IMG/VR virus record: IMGVR_UViG_3300009104_000017
Coordinates: 3,308-67,307 of that record
Source: a virus
DNA length: 64,000 nt
Reading direction: 5' to 3' (one strand)
The notes under the pieces are model-generated. The model ran no database searches. It was not told where the DNA came from and saw only the letters and a program-made list of their open reading frames with translations. This document shows, piece by piece, positions 37,870 through 45,526 of this stretch (positions are counted from its first letter, which is position 1; each line of letters opens with the position of its first letter). Both the position numbers and the translations under genes were made by a program.

Positions 37870-38672
37870 TGCATTACAAACAAAAATTAAGTAATTATTA
37901 TTCACCGTTTATTCATGCTAACGGCCCTTCTAAATTTGAGGAAAGTTGGGATAGAACAGTTAATAGATATTTTGAGGAACCACCAGTTAAAGGTACTGTT
38001 CCAGATGATTTAACTGTAGTAACTTGGTCTATACCTACTGAAAGAACATTGCTACAGAACTGTTTCAGACATTATGGTATAGAGGATAGGCTTGTAGTTA
38101 TACCTCTAAGTGAACCAGTAGATTTCTTAGACAAAATTAGGCAAATGAATAAATATCTAGGTAAGATTAAAACTAAGTATGTTATGGCCTTAGATGCTAC
38201 AGATGTTATGCCCTTTGGTTTTGATGCCTGCACCCTTGCTTTACAATCTTTTAAAAATAAAAATGTGAAAGCTATCTTTGGTGCTGAGCTATCACAATGG
38301 CCAAATCCTAAAACAATGAAAGGTATAGCTATGCCTACTGGAGATGCACCATTTGAAATGGGTTCATGGATAAGTGATTTAAGAAAGGTTAGAGAATTAG
38401 AAGAAGTATATGAATGGTTAGGTTCTCCTTTCAAACATTTGTGTAGTGGTACATGGATAGGAGAAAGAGAGTATATGATAGATTTCTATAGTGAATGTAT
38501 GAGTAAAATACCTGAAGGACATTATGATGAAGGTTTATTTGGTGGAGACCAAGGATTTATAACTTTAGTAGCTGGGAGAAGATTTCCAGATGTTGTGTTA
38601 GATAGTCAGAGTCAAATATTTTTAAGTTTGGCATTTACTGATGAAAGTAATGTAGAATTAGCTATAGATTGA
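37869..38672 (+). CDS. PLOD-type (LH3 N-terminal) glycosyltransferase domain, permuted
   Basis: KIR...DATDV, IFGAE...WP, LCSGTWIG, DQ, LDSQSQIF; HANGPSK at N-terminus. Confidence 0.75.
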   Translation: MHYKQKLSNYYSPFIHANGPSKFEESWDRTVNRYFEEPPVKGTVPDDLTVVTWSIPTERTLLQNCFRHYGIEDRLVVIPLSEPVDFLDKIRQMNKYLGKIKTKYVMALDATDVMPFGFDACTLALQSFKNKNVKAIFGAELSQWPNPKTMKGIAMPTGDAPFEMGSWISDLRKVRELEEVYEWLGSPFKHLCSGTWIGEREYMIDFYSECMSKIPEGHYDEGLFGGDQGFITLVAGRRFPDVVLDSQSQIFLSLAFTDESNVELAID

Positions 38673-38734
38673 GGGAAAGCTTTATATACTAGCTTATACT
38701 AAGTATATAAGGACACCACGTTGGTGCTCCTACA

Positions 38735-38941
38735 ATGGAGAATAATATGGAAGAAAATGATATGAAACAAGTTATTTCTTTTTTCTCAAACGAGGAAGTT
38801 AAAGTTGTTTGGAGAGAAGAAGATAAAACAAAAGTAGGAAGAGGTAAAATAACACATGATGATGATAATTTTGTGTATTTGGCCGGAGAGAAAGGAAAAG
38901 TAATAGTCAATAAGAAAGACGTTATTGCAATAAAACAATGA
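38735..38941 (+). CDS. Sm/LSm/Hfq-like small protein
   Basis: VKVVW...GRGKITHDDDNFVYL...VIVNKKDVIAI beta-strand pattern; own promoter. Confidence 0.5.
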   Translation: MENNMEENDMKQVISFFSNEEVKVVWREEDKTKVGRGKITHDDDNFVYLAGEKGKVIVNKKDVIAIKQ

Positions 38942-39567
38942 ATTACAGCGATGATTTTAAATTTGTCTGGTGGTCTACAGGAGGAGCAGCCACTAGAAGC
39001 GTATGTGGAGTATTACAACAATCTTTTGGTTTAAACCCTAAAAACCCTGATGGAGCATCAAGTCATGATGTTGGTATTCCTGAGCACTGTTCTGATTATA
39101 AAATTATATGTAATGTTAGAAACCCATATTCTTGGTTCGTTTCTGCCTTTACAGATGAAGATATGTATAAACTTAAGTCAGAAGGGGAGCGTTTAAACTT
39201 TAGTGAATGTGTAAGAACCCCAGAATGGTTTAGAAAAATAGCTTTAAATGTTCATATATCTGAAAGATGGGAAGAATTAGGCATAAGAAACCCTGATTAT
39301 TATATTAAAATGGAAGATATACGTGGTAGTATAGAGAATATTCCTATATTACAACCTACACCTGACATCGATTGGTCTTTACATGAAGAGAATCAATATA
39401 AGCATAAAGATGACGATAGTGGAACTTATAGAAGTTATGATGAAAAAGGAGTACGTAATGATTGGAAGAAATATTATACTCAAGAATTAGCGGATATAAT
39501 ATATAATCATCCAGAAATAAAAAAAATGTTTGACCTAACGGGTTATGACAGGGATAGTTGGAAATGA
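38938..39567 (+). CDS. sulfotransferase family protein
   Basis: VRNPYSWFVSAF, IKMED, WKKYYTQELADIIY. Confidence 0.75.
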   Translation: MNYSDDFKFVWWSTGGAATRSVCGVLQQSFGLNPKNPDGASSHDVGIPEHCSDYKIICNVRNPYSWFVSAFTDEDMYKLKSEGERLNFSECVRTPEWFRKIALNVHISERWEELGIRNPDYYIKMEDIRGSIENIPILQPTPDIDWSLHEENQYKHKDDDSGTYRSYDEKGVRNDWKKYYTQELADIIYNHPEIKKMFDLTGYDRDSWK

Positions 39568-39944
39568 AATTAGTATTCGATTTAGACAATGTAATATGTA
39601 CACCCCCTAAAGGTATACAATATGGTGTTGTTGATTATATAAAGAATGCTAAACCTATAGAAGATGTGGCTGAGTTTATAGCTTGGTGTTATCCAAACCA
39701 TGAAATAATTATATGGGCTAATAGGCCCAACGATTTAGCTGTTAAATTAGAAACAGAAAAATGGTTAGAGTTACATGGTATAAAATACCATAGATTATTA
39801 TTAGATAAGCCTGAAAATCCGGTGTTTGTTAATGAGACGCCTTCTCATGCAAAGTTTTATAAACACCTAGGGGATTTGGGTATTATCGCAGAACTATACG
39901 AGGAATGGAAAAATGAAAGAAAAGGAAGTAAAGGATACGCATGA
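39564..39944 (+). CDS. HAD-superfamily phosphatase (capsule-biosynthesis type)
   Basis: VFDLDNVIC, TEKWLELHGIKYHRLLLDKP. Confidence 0.75.
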   Translation: MKLVFDLDNVICTPPKGIQYGVVDYIKNAKPIEDVAEFIAWCYPNHEIIIWANRPNDLAVKLETEKWLELHGIKYHRLLLDKPENPVFVNETPSHAKFYKHLGDLGIIAELYEEWKNERKGSKGYA

Positions 39945-40239
39945 TGCAGAAACATTAGGTTCAGTTGGACCTTATGTTAAAGTAACATGGAATGATGCTG
40001 CTAGCTCGTGGAAGCAGTATAGAATAAATGCAGAAAACCCTTCTGAACACCTTACAGTGTGTGAAACTATAGGAGAAATGGTCGCTAAAGATGATAAGGC
40101 TATAGTTTTAGTTATGCACGGCTCACGATGTGATGGTTGTGATATAATGGCTATACCTAGAGATTGGTGTCAGAAGATAGAAGTAATGGAGATAACAGGA
40201 GAATGTATTTCAGAGAATTTGGAATCCCAGCAAGAATAG
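39913..40239 (+). CDS. hypothetical phage protein
   Basis: VKVTWNDA...CETIG...MAIPR pattern. Confidence 0.6.
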   Translation: MKEKEVKDTHDAETLGSVGPYVKVTWNDAASSWKQYRINAENPSEHLTVCETIGEMVAKDDKAIVLVMHGSRCDGCDIMAIPRDWCQKIEVMEITGECISENLESQQE

Positions 40240-41276
40240 CTAGAGCATACTCACCTGAAGAATTAGAAGAACTAGTAGAGAAATATAATGGTAAAAAAAG
40301 CTGTTATACTAGTATTTATGTCTTCGATAACTTAAAAGACAATGATGGTAAGCCTAGTTATGATTCTGCCGTTATTAATGGTATATGGTTTGATTTCGAC
40401 CATAATAAAGATGTAAGTAAATGTCTTATGGATATTAGAAAATTCATCAATAAATACTGTAAACCTAGAAAAATAACACCACGTATTTATCTAACAGGTG
40501 GTAAGGGTTTTCAGATGAATATAGATTTTAAAACTCCTTTAGATATACTCGATGAACAAAAGAGAGATAGTCTAAGGAAATATTTAACGTATTTGAAAAA
40601 AGAATACAGATTAAAGACACTTGACCAAGCTTGTATTAATAATAGTGTAGCTTGCTTAAGAAGGATTCCCAATACACAGTATATTAGTAAACTTACTGGG
40701 GAACCAACAGGGGTATGGTGTGTACCTTTATCAGTTGACGAAGTCATGACTATGGATATAGAAGAACTATATGGTCTAGCAATGGAACCTAGAGATAAAC
40801 CTGACATAGTCCGAAGCAGTCGTGCTCAGAGAGATATGATTGACTTCATGTGTGATGTAGCTGGTATCAAGCACACCATCTCTAATAGTGGAGATTATCT
40901 TATAGAAAAGCTTAGAGAATCATCTACAGGCTTTACTAAGCATATATTATATAGTAAAGATAGGCTCTATAAAGCACCTAGAGAGTGTATAATTAAGCTA
41001 ATAGAGACTAATATAGCTAAGGGTAGTAGTAGCTATGAGGAAAACAAAGCAATAGTAGCAGAGCTACTGAATGCTAATTGGGCTTTGACAGATATATCTG
41101 CTGTATTCAGATTTATCTATAATGAGCCTGCTGGAGACCATGGGTGGTATAATGACGACCCAACAATCCCCGGCAAACAAATAGTAAAGTTCGACCAAAA
41201 CTTTGGACTTAGGTTCAGAAGCGAAACTCTGAAAGATAGAAATATATGCAAAGAACCTAATTGTCCATGTATTTGA
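40203..41276 (+). CDS. archaeo-eukaryotic primase (PriS-like) with C-terminal helical domain
   Basis: REFG, YTSIY, WFDFD, TGGKGF, LRRIPNT. Confidence 0.85.
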   Translation: MYFREFGIPARIARAYSPEELEELVEKYNGKKSCYTSIYVFDNLKDNDGKPSYDSAVINGIWFDFDHNKDVSKCLMDIRKFINKYCKPRKITPRIYLTGGKGFQMNIDFKTPLDILDEQKRDSLRKYLTYLKKEYRLKTLDQACINNSVACLRRIPNTQYISKLTGEPTGVWCVPLSVDEVMTMDIEELYGLAMEPRDKPDIVRSSRAQRDMIDFMCDVAGIKHTISNSGDYLIEKLRESSTGFTKHILYSKDRLYKAPRECIIKLIETNIAKGSSSYEENKAIVAELLNANWALTDISAVFRFIYNEPAGDHGWYNDDPTIPGKQIVKFDQNFGLRFRSETLKDRNICKEPNCPCI

Positions 41277-41313
41277 GCGAAAGCTTTATATACTACGATG
41301 GAGATAAAGTAAT

Positions 41314-41646
41314 ATGGCAAAAATAGAAAGACTGACCAAACGGGTCAGAGAAATGGAAAAGTGGATAGATGAGAACGAAGGTGGGCCAACATTAAATAAT
41401 TTTAATTATTTATTGGATATGCTTAGAAACGCTTCTCAGAATGTAATGCAATTGCAAGAGCAATTTAATACGCAAAGGCAATTACTCGCAGACTATCTAA
41501 CTGAAAAGGAACAGATAGAAGACTGGGACAGTTGGCTTAAGGAGAAGGATAATGCCGTTCAAGAGCAACAAACAGAGGAAGTATCTGTACAAGAAGAAGC
41601 CGAAAGTGGCGAAGAAGCTGTCGAAGCACAAGAAGAAGAGGAGTAA
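41314..41646 (+). CDS. acidic coiled-coil protein
   Basis: Promoter at 41279. Confidence 0.65.
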   Translation: MAKIERLTKRVREMEKWIDENEGGPTLNNFNYLLDMLRNASQNVMQLQEQFNTQRQLLADYLTEKEQIEDWDSWLKEKDNAVQEQQTEEVSVQEEAESGEEAVEAQEEEE

Positions 41647-41653
41647 ATAAAGG

Positions 41654-42040
41654 ATGGCACGTAAGAAATTTAAAGATACCTCTGCCAACCGAAAGAAGAG
41701 ATGGAATAAGAAATCCCCAATGGCACGTACTGGTAAACAGAACGGAGCATGGAAGGGTGGAAAATCCGCTCATTACTACCGAAGAAAAGCTAACGCAGGT
41801 AAGAATGAAGTAGTACACCATGTAAGTGGTGGTAAAGGAGGTAAGGGTAAGCCCGGCGTCCATACTGCTAAGACTGCCAAGCGTGGTAACCTTAAGAAGG
41901 TATCTGCTGCACAGCATAACAAATTACATCCAGAAAAGGGTCGTAAAGCCGCAGCAGCTAAAAAACGTAAAGGAACAAAACGTAAAGCACCTGCTAAACG
42001 TAAAACAACAAGAAAGAAAACAACAAGGAGAAAAAAATAA
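41654..42040 (+). CDS. highly basic protein with degenerate HNH-like core
   Basis: NGAWKGG, VVHH...NL......HNKLH, K/R-rich tail. Confidence 0.6.
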   Translation: MARKKFKDTSANRKKRWNKKSPMARTGKQNGAWKGGKSAHYYRRKANAGKNEVVHHVSGGKGGKGKPGVHTAKTAKRGNLKKVSAAQHNKLHPEKGRKAAAAKKRKGTKRKAPAKRKTTRKKTTRRKK

Positions 42041-42177
42041 TGACAAAAAATTGTAAATGTGTAAATTGTGAATGTAAAACATGTAACGCTGATGAGACAC
42101 CATGGGATGGAATCTGGGAATGTGATATAAATTGTAACCATGGTTCAGAAATGGGCGACTGTTGCGTGGAGAACTAA
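42040..42177 (+). CDS. metallothionein-like 45-aa peptide
   Basis: MTKNCKCVNCECKTC...ECDINCNHGSEMGDCCVEN; AGGAG RBS, TAATG coupling. Confidence 0.6.
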   Translation: MTKNCKCVNCECKTCNADETPWDGIWECDINCNHGSEMGDCCVEN

Positions 42178-42182
42178 TATTA

Positions 42183-42376
42183 GTGGTTACTACTAGTAGT
42201 AGTGATATAAAGTGCACGTGTGGTCATCCACCTCCAAGTGCAGCATGTAAGTGCAAAGGAGTAAAAAGAGTATTGGTGGACTATCAATGAGTGGTTGTCC
42301 AGTTTGTGGACGAAGAACTGTTATAACACGTTATAATGGGGAAAAATATTGTGTAACTTGTAAAGACTCACCATAA
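42183..42376 (+). CDS. two Cys microproteins (42183-42290; 42287-42376 CPVCG...CVTC)
   Basis: ATGA coupling. Confidence 0.5.
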
Positions 42377-42427
42377 GCTTTATATAGGTGGGTCTTCTAT
42401 AGTAATGAACCGAATAGGAATGATAAA

Positions 42428-44293
42428 ATGTTTAAAAACGAAGTAGCAGAATTTATTTATAAAAGAACGTATTCACGTTGGCTAGAAGAAGAAAATAGGC
42501 GGGAAGATTGGCCTGAAACAATAGAGAGGTTTTTAGAATTTGTAATTTCAGAAAGACCTGATATACCAGAGAAAACTGTAAACAAAATTAGAAAGTATAT
42601 GATGGAATTCGCAGTAATGCCATCTATGAGATTTTTATGGGCAGCAGGACCAGCAGCTAAAGCTGATAATACAACTATATACAACTGCTCATTTGCAAAG
42701 ATAAACTCCATTGAAGCTTTCGCAGAGTGTCTTTATATCCTTATGTGTGGCACTGGATTCGGATTTTCAGTAGAACAGGAAGAAATTAATAAACTTCCTG
42801 AAATACCAGAAATACGTTCAGGTCGAGCACTTAAGGAAATAGTTATTGATGATTCAAAAACTGGGTGGGCTGATTCAGTAAAGACACTCATGCAAAGTTT
42901 GTATGATGGACAGAATATCTATTTCGATTACTCAAAGATTAGACCAGAAGGTGCTAGACTCATGACAATGGGTGGAAGAGCGTCTGGTCCACAACCTTTG
43001 GTAAAACTACATGATTTCATCCGTGAAACCATGCATAATGCTCAAGGACGTCAACTCACGTCTCTCGAAGCTCATGATATATGTAATCAGATTGCTGAGA
43101 TTGTTGTTGTTGGCGGGGTACGTCGCAGCTCTCAAATATCCTTGTCGGACCTCCATGATACAGACATGCGACACGCAAAGGAGTGGCCTTATCCCATCAA
43201 ACGTGCTATGGCTAACAATAGTGCTATTTATAGGGAAAAGCCCTCCGCTGCTGAATTCTTAAAAGAATGGGCTTCATTAGCTCTATCAGGCACTGGTGAA
43301 AGAGGTATATTTAATCTAGAAGCTGCACAAAGCAAAGCTCCATCAAGAAGATATGCTCCACTTATACAGGGGACAAATCCATGTGGAGAGATAATGCTTA
43401 GAGATATGGAATTTTGTAATCTCAGTGAAGTAGTAATAAGAGCTGATGATGATTTAGATAGTTTATTAGACAAAGTAGAGACTGCTACATGGTTAGGAGT
43501 TATACAGAGCTCATTTACACACTTTCCATACCTACGAGAAACGTGGAAAAAGAACTGCGACAAAGAATGCCTTTTAGGCGTTAGTTTGACCGGTCAGATG
43601 GATAACCCTTCCCTATTGAGCTCGGAGGCTTTAAACGCCCTTAAAAGCCGTGTTATACGCATATCTCGTAAAGCATCGGGAATACTAGGAACCAAGATGC
43701 CTACTGCTACCACTTGTGTGAAGCCTAGTGGCACTGTTTCTCAGTTAGTAGATTCTGCCAGTGGAGTTCATCCAAGATATTCTCAATATTATATTCGTAG
43801 ATATAGGATAGCAGCAAGAGACCCTTTATTTGCTATGATGAGAGATATGGGTGTGCCTTGTAATCCTGAGAATGGACAAACAGAAGAAGACGCATCTACT
43901 TGGGTATTAGAATTCCCTGTTAAATCACCTGATGGGTGTATTACTCGTAAAGATGTAACTGCGCTAGACCAGTTAAGTCATTATAAGAATTTACAACATA
44001 ATTGGTGTGAACATAATGCTAGTATGACTGTATATGTCAGAGATGATGAATGGTTTGAAGTAGGGAATTGGGTTTACAAAAATTGGGATATTATAAATGG
44101 AGTCTCTTTCTTACCTTATGATGGTGGACACTACGAATTGGCCCCATATGAGGAAATTGACGTCCATTCTTACGAAAGGCTTATAAAGGCCCTCCCCCGA
44201 ATAGTATATAGCGAACTTGCTAAATACGAAACTGAGGACAATACTCAGGGAAAACAAGAGCTAGCTTGCTCAGGAGATAAATGTGACATCTGA
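42428..44293 (+). CDS. nrdJ: class II (adenosylcobalamin-dependent) ribonucleotide reductase
   Basis: YNCS, VVVGGVRRS, GTNPCGEI, CNLSE, TCVKPSGTVSQL, C-terminal CxxxxC. Confidence 0.95.
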   Translation: MFKNEVAEFIYKRTYSRWLEEENRREDWPETIERFLEFVISERPDIPEKTVNKIRKYMMEFAVMPSMRFLWAAGPAAKADNTTIYNCSFAKINSIEAFAECLYILMCGTGFGFSVEQEEINKLPEIPEIRSGRALKEIVIDDSKTGWADSVKTLMQSLYDGQNIYFDYSKIRPEGARLMTMGGRASGPQPLVKLHDFIRETMHNAQGRQLTSLEAHDICNQIAEIVVVGGVRRSSQISLSDLHDTDMRHAKEWPYPIKRAMANNSAIYREKPSAAEFLKEWASLALSGTGERGIFNLEAAQSKAPSRRYAPLIQGTNPCGEIMLRDMEFCNLSEVVIRADDDLDSLLDKVETATWLGVIQSSFTHFPYLRETWKKNCDKECLLGVSLTGQMDNPSLLSSEALNALKSRVIRISRKASGILGTKMPTATTCVKPSGTVSQLVDSASGVHPRYSQYYIRRYRIAARDPLFAMMRDMGVPCNPENGQTEEDASTWVLEFPVKSPDGCITRKDVTALDQLSHYKNLQHNWCEHNASMTVYVRDDEWFEVGNWVYKNWDIINGVSFLPYDGGHYELAPYEEIDVHSYERLIKALPRIVYSELAKYETEDNTQGKQELACSGDKCDI

Positions 44294-44495
44294 AAAAGAT
44301 ATTATAACAGGAACTAAGAAATTAGGTAGAAACGCAAACTTAACACATGATGGTAAATTAGACCAAGGGATTCATTCACTCGGCGGTATAGAACAGCCAG
44401 CTGGAACAATTGTAGCTAGAACAGCTGCTGATGAACCAGATAATGGTGACCTCGGTTCTAGAAGTAAAACTAATAAATCTATTAGAAGTTATTGA
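44283..44495 (+). CDS. hypothetical protein
   Basis: Last + strand ORF before the convergent tail operon. Confidence 0.45.
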   Translation: MTSEKDIITGTKKLGRNANLTHDGKLDQGIHSLGGIEQPAGTIVARTAADEPDNGDLGSRSKTNKSIRSY

Positions 44496-45526
44496 ATATA
44501 ACTTTTCATAACAGGAACGTCTTTATTTAATGTAAAAGAAGACATAACTCCTGATTTATCGTTCCAACTAACCTTTCGACTTTTAATGCGGTGGTTTTTC
44601 CTTAATTCAGGTTCTTCTACATTAAGTCTAATAACGTTACCTGTAGATAAATAGTGTCCTTTAGATACTGTCATAGAAACCTCTTGAACTTCTTCTTCAT
44701 TTATAATTGAATCTAAAATAGCTTCTTGTAAAGCAGAATCACTATCTTTAAATTCCCCCTTTAAAGTATGACCTATAGGTCCATATGGCATATTGCCCTT
44801 TTTATAGGTTATTCTCTTATTATTCTTATCTTCTAAATTATAAAATTGAGGAGGTGGTCTTCTTTTTGATTTTAAAGAAACTATACCATCATTCAATGAA
44901 AAAGCTACTGGATTTGCTTCTTCAATATCTCTCTCTCTATTAATAACTATATTAGATTGGGTAGCTGACTCTACCATTTTTATACTATATCTATATGGTT
45001 TTTTAGTACTATCTCTATTTGTGGGTAAATTACCAGTAATAAATTTATAAGGGTCTGCCGTAGTTCTTATTTTTTTTAGTAATACTGGTGGGTTAGGCTC
45101 GTTCAACATATCTAGGCCAATAATTGTATCATTAGTATTTATATGTTTAGAAACATAATGGTGTATAAATTGAGATATAGTAAAACCATCAAAATTATTT
45201 AATTTAGTTAAAACTACAGGTGCAGCTTCTTTACCTGTTAAAAAAGTCCTAGGGTCCATAGCTGTGAAACTGAAATTTCTATCAGTGGGATTAATCTGTC
45301 TAACATATCCTCTAAATAATGGTACTGAATCCTGTGCTCCATAATTTAAATAAAATTCTACTTTTTGATTATACCATTTGTATTCATCATATTCTGGGTC
45401 TGTTAGATTCACTTTTAATGAATTTATAGTAGAGCCTCCATTTTCAATATAGTTAACAGAACTAACGTTTACTATCTCCAGTCCCCCCACAAATAATTGA
45501 GGATTACAATATTGACTCAGACTCAC
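44489..45526 (-). CDS. tail tip/baseplate hub-like protein
   Basis: Position at distal end of tail operon; LFRGYV and V.L....L pattern. Confidence 0.55.
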   Translation of the reverse strand: MSLSQYCNPQLFVGGLEIVNVSSVNYIENGGSTINSLKVNLTDPEYDEYKWYNQKVEFYLNYGAQDSVPLFRGYVRQINPTDRNFSFTAMDPRTFLTGKEAAPVVLTKLNNFDGFTISQFIHHYVSKHINTNDTIIGLDMLNEPNPPVLLKKIRTTADPYKFITGNLPTNRDSTKKPYRYSIKMVESATQSNIVINRERDIEEANPVAFSLNDGIVSLKSKRRPPPQFYNLEDKNNKRITYKKGNMPYGPIGHTLKGEFKDSDSALQEAILDSIINEEEVQEVSMTVSKGHYLSTGNVIRLNVEEPELRKNHRIKSRKVSWNDKSGVMSSFTLNKDVPVMKSYIQ

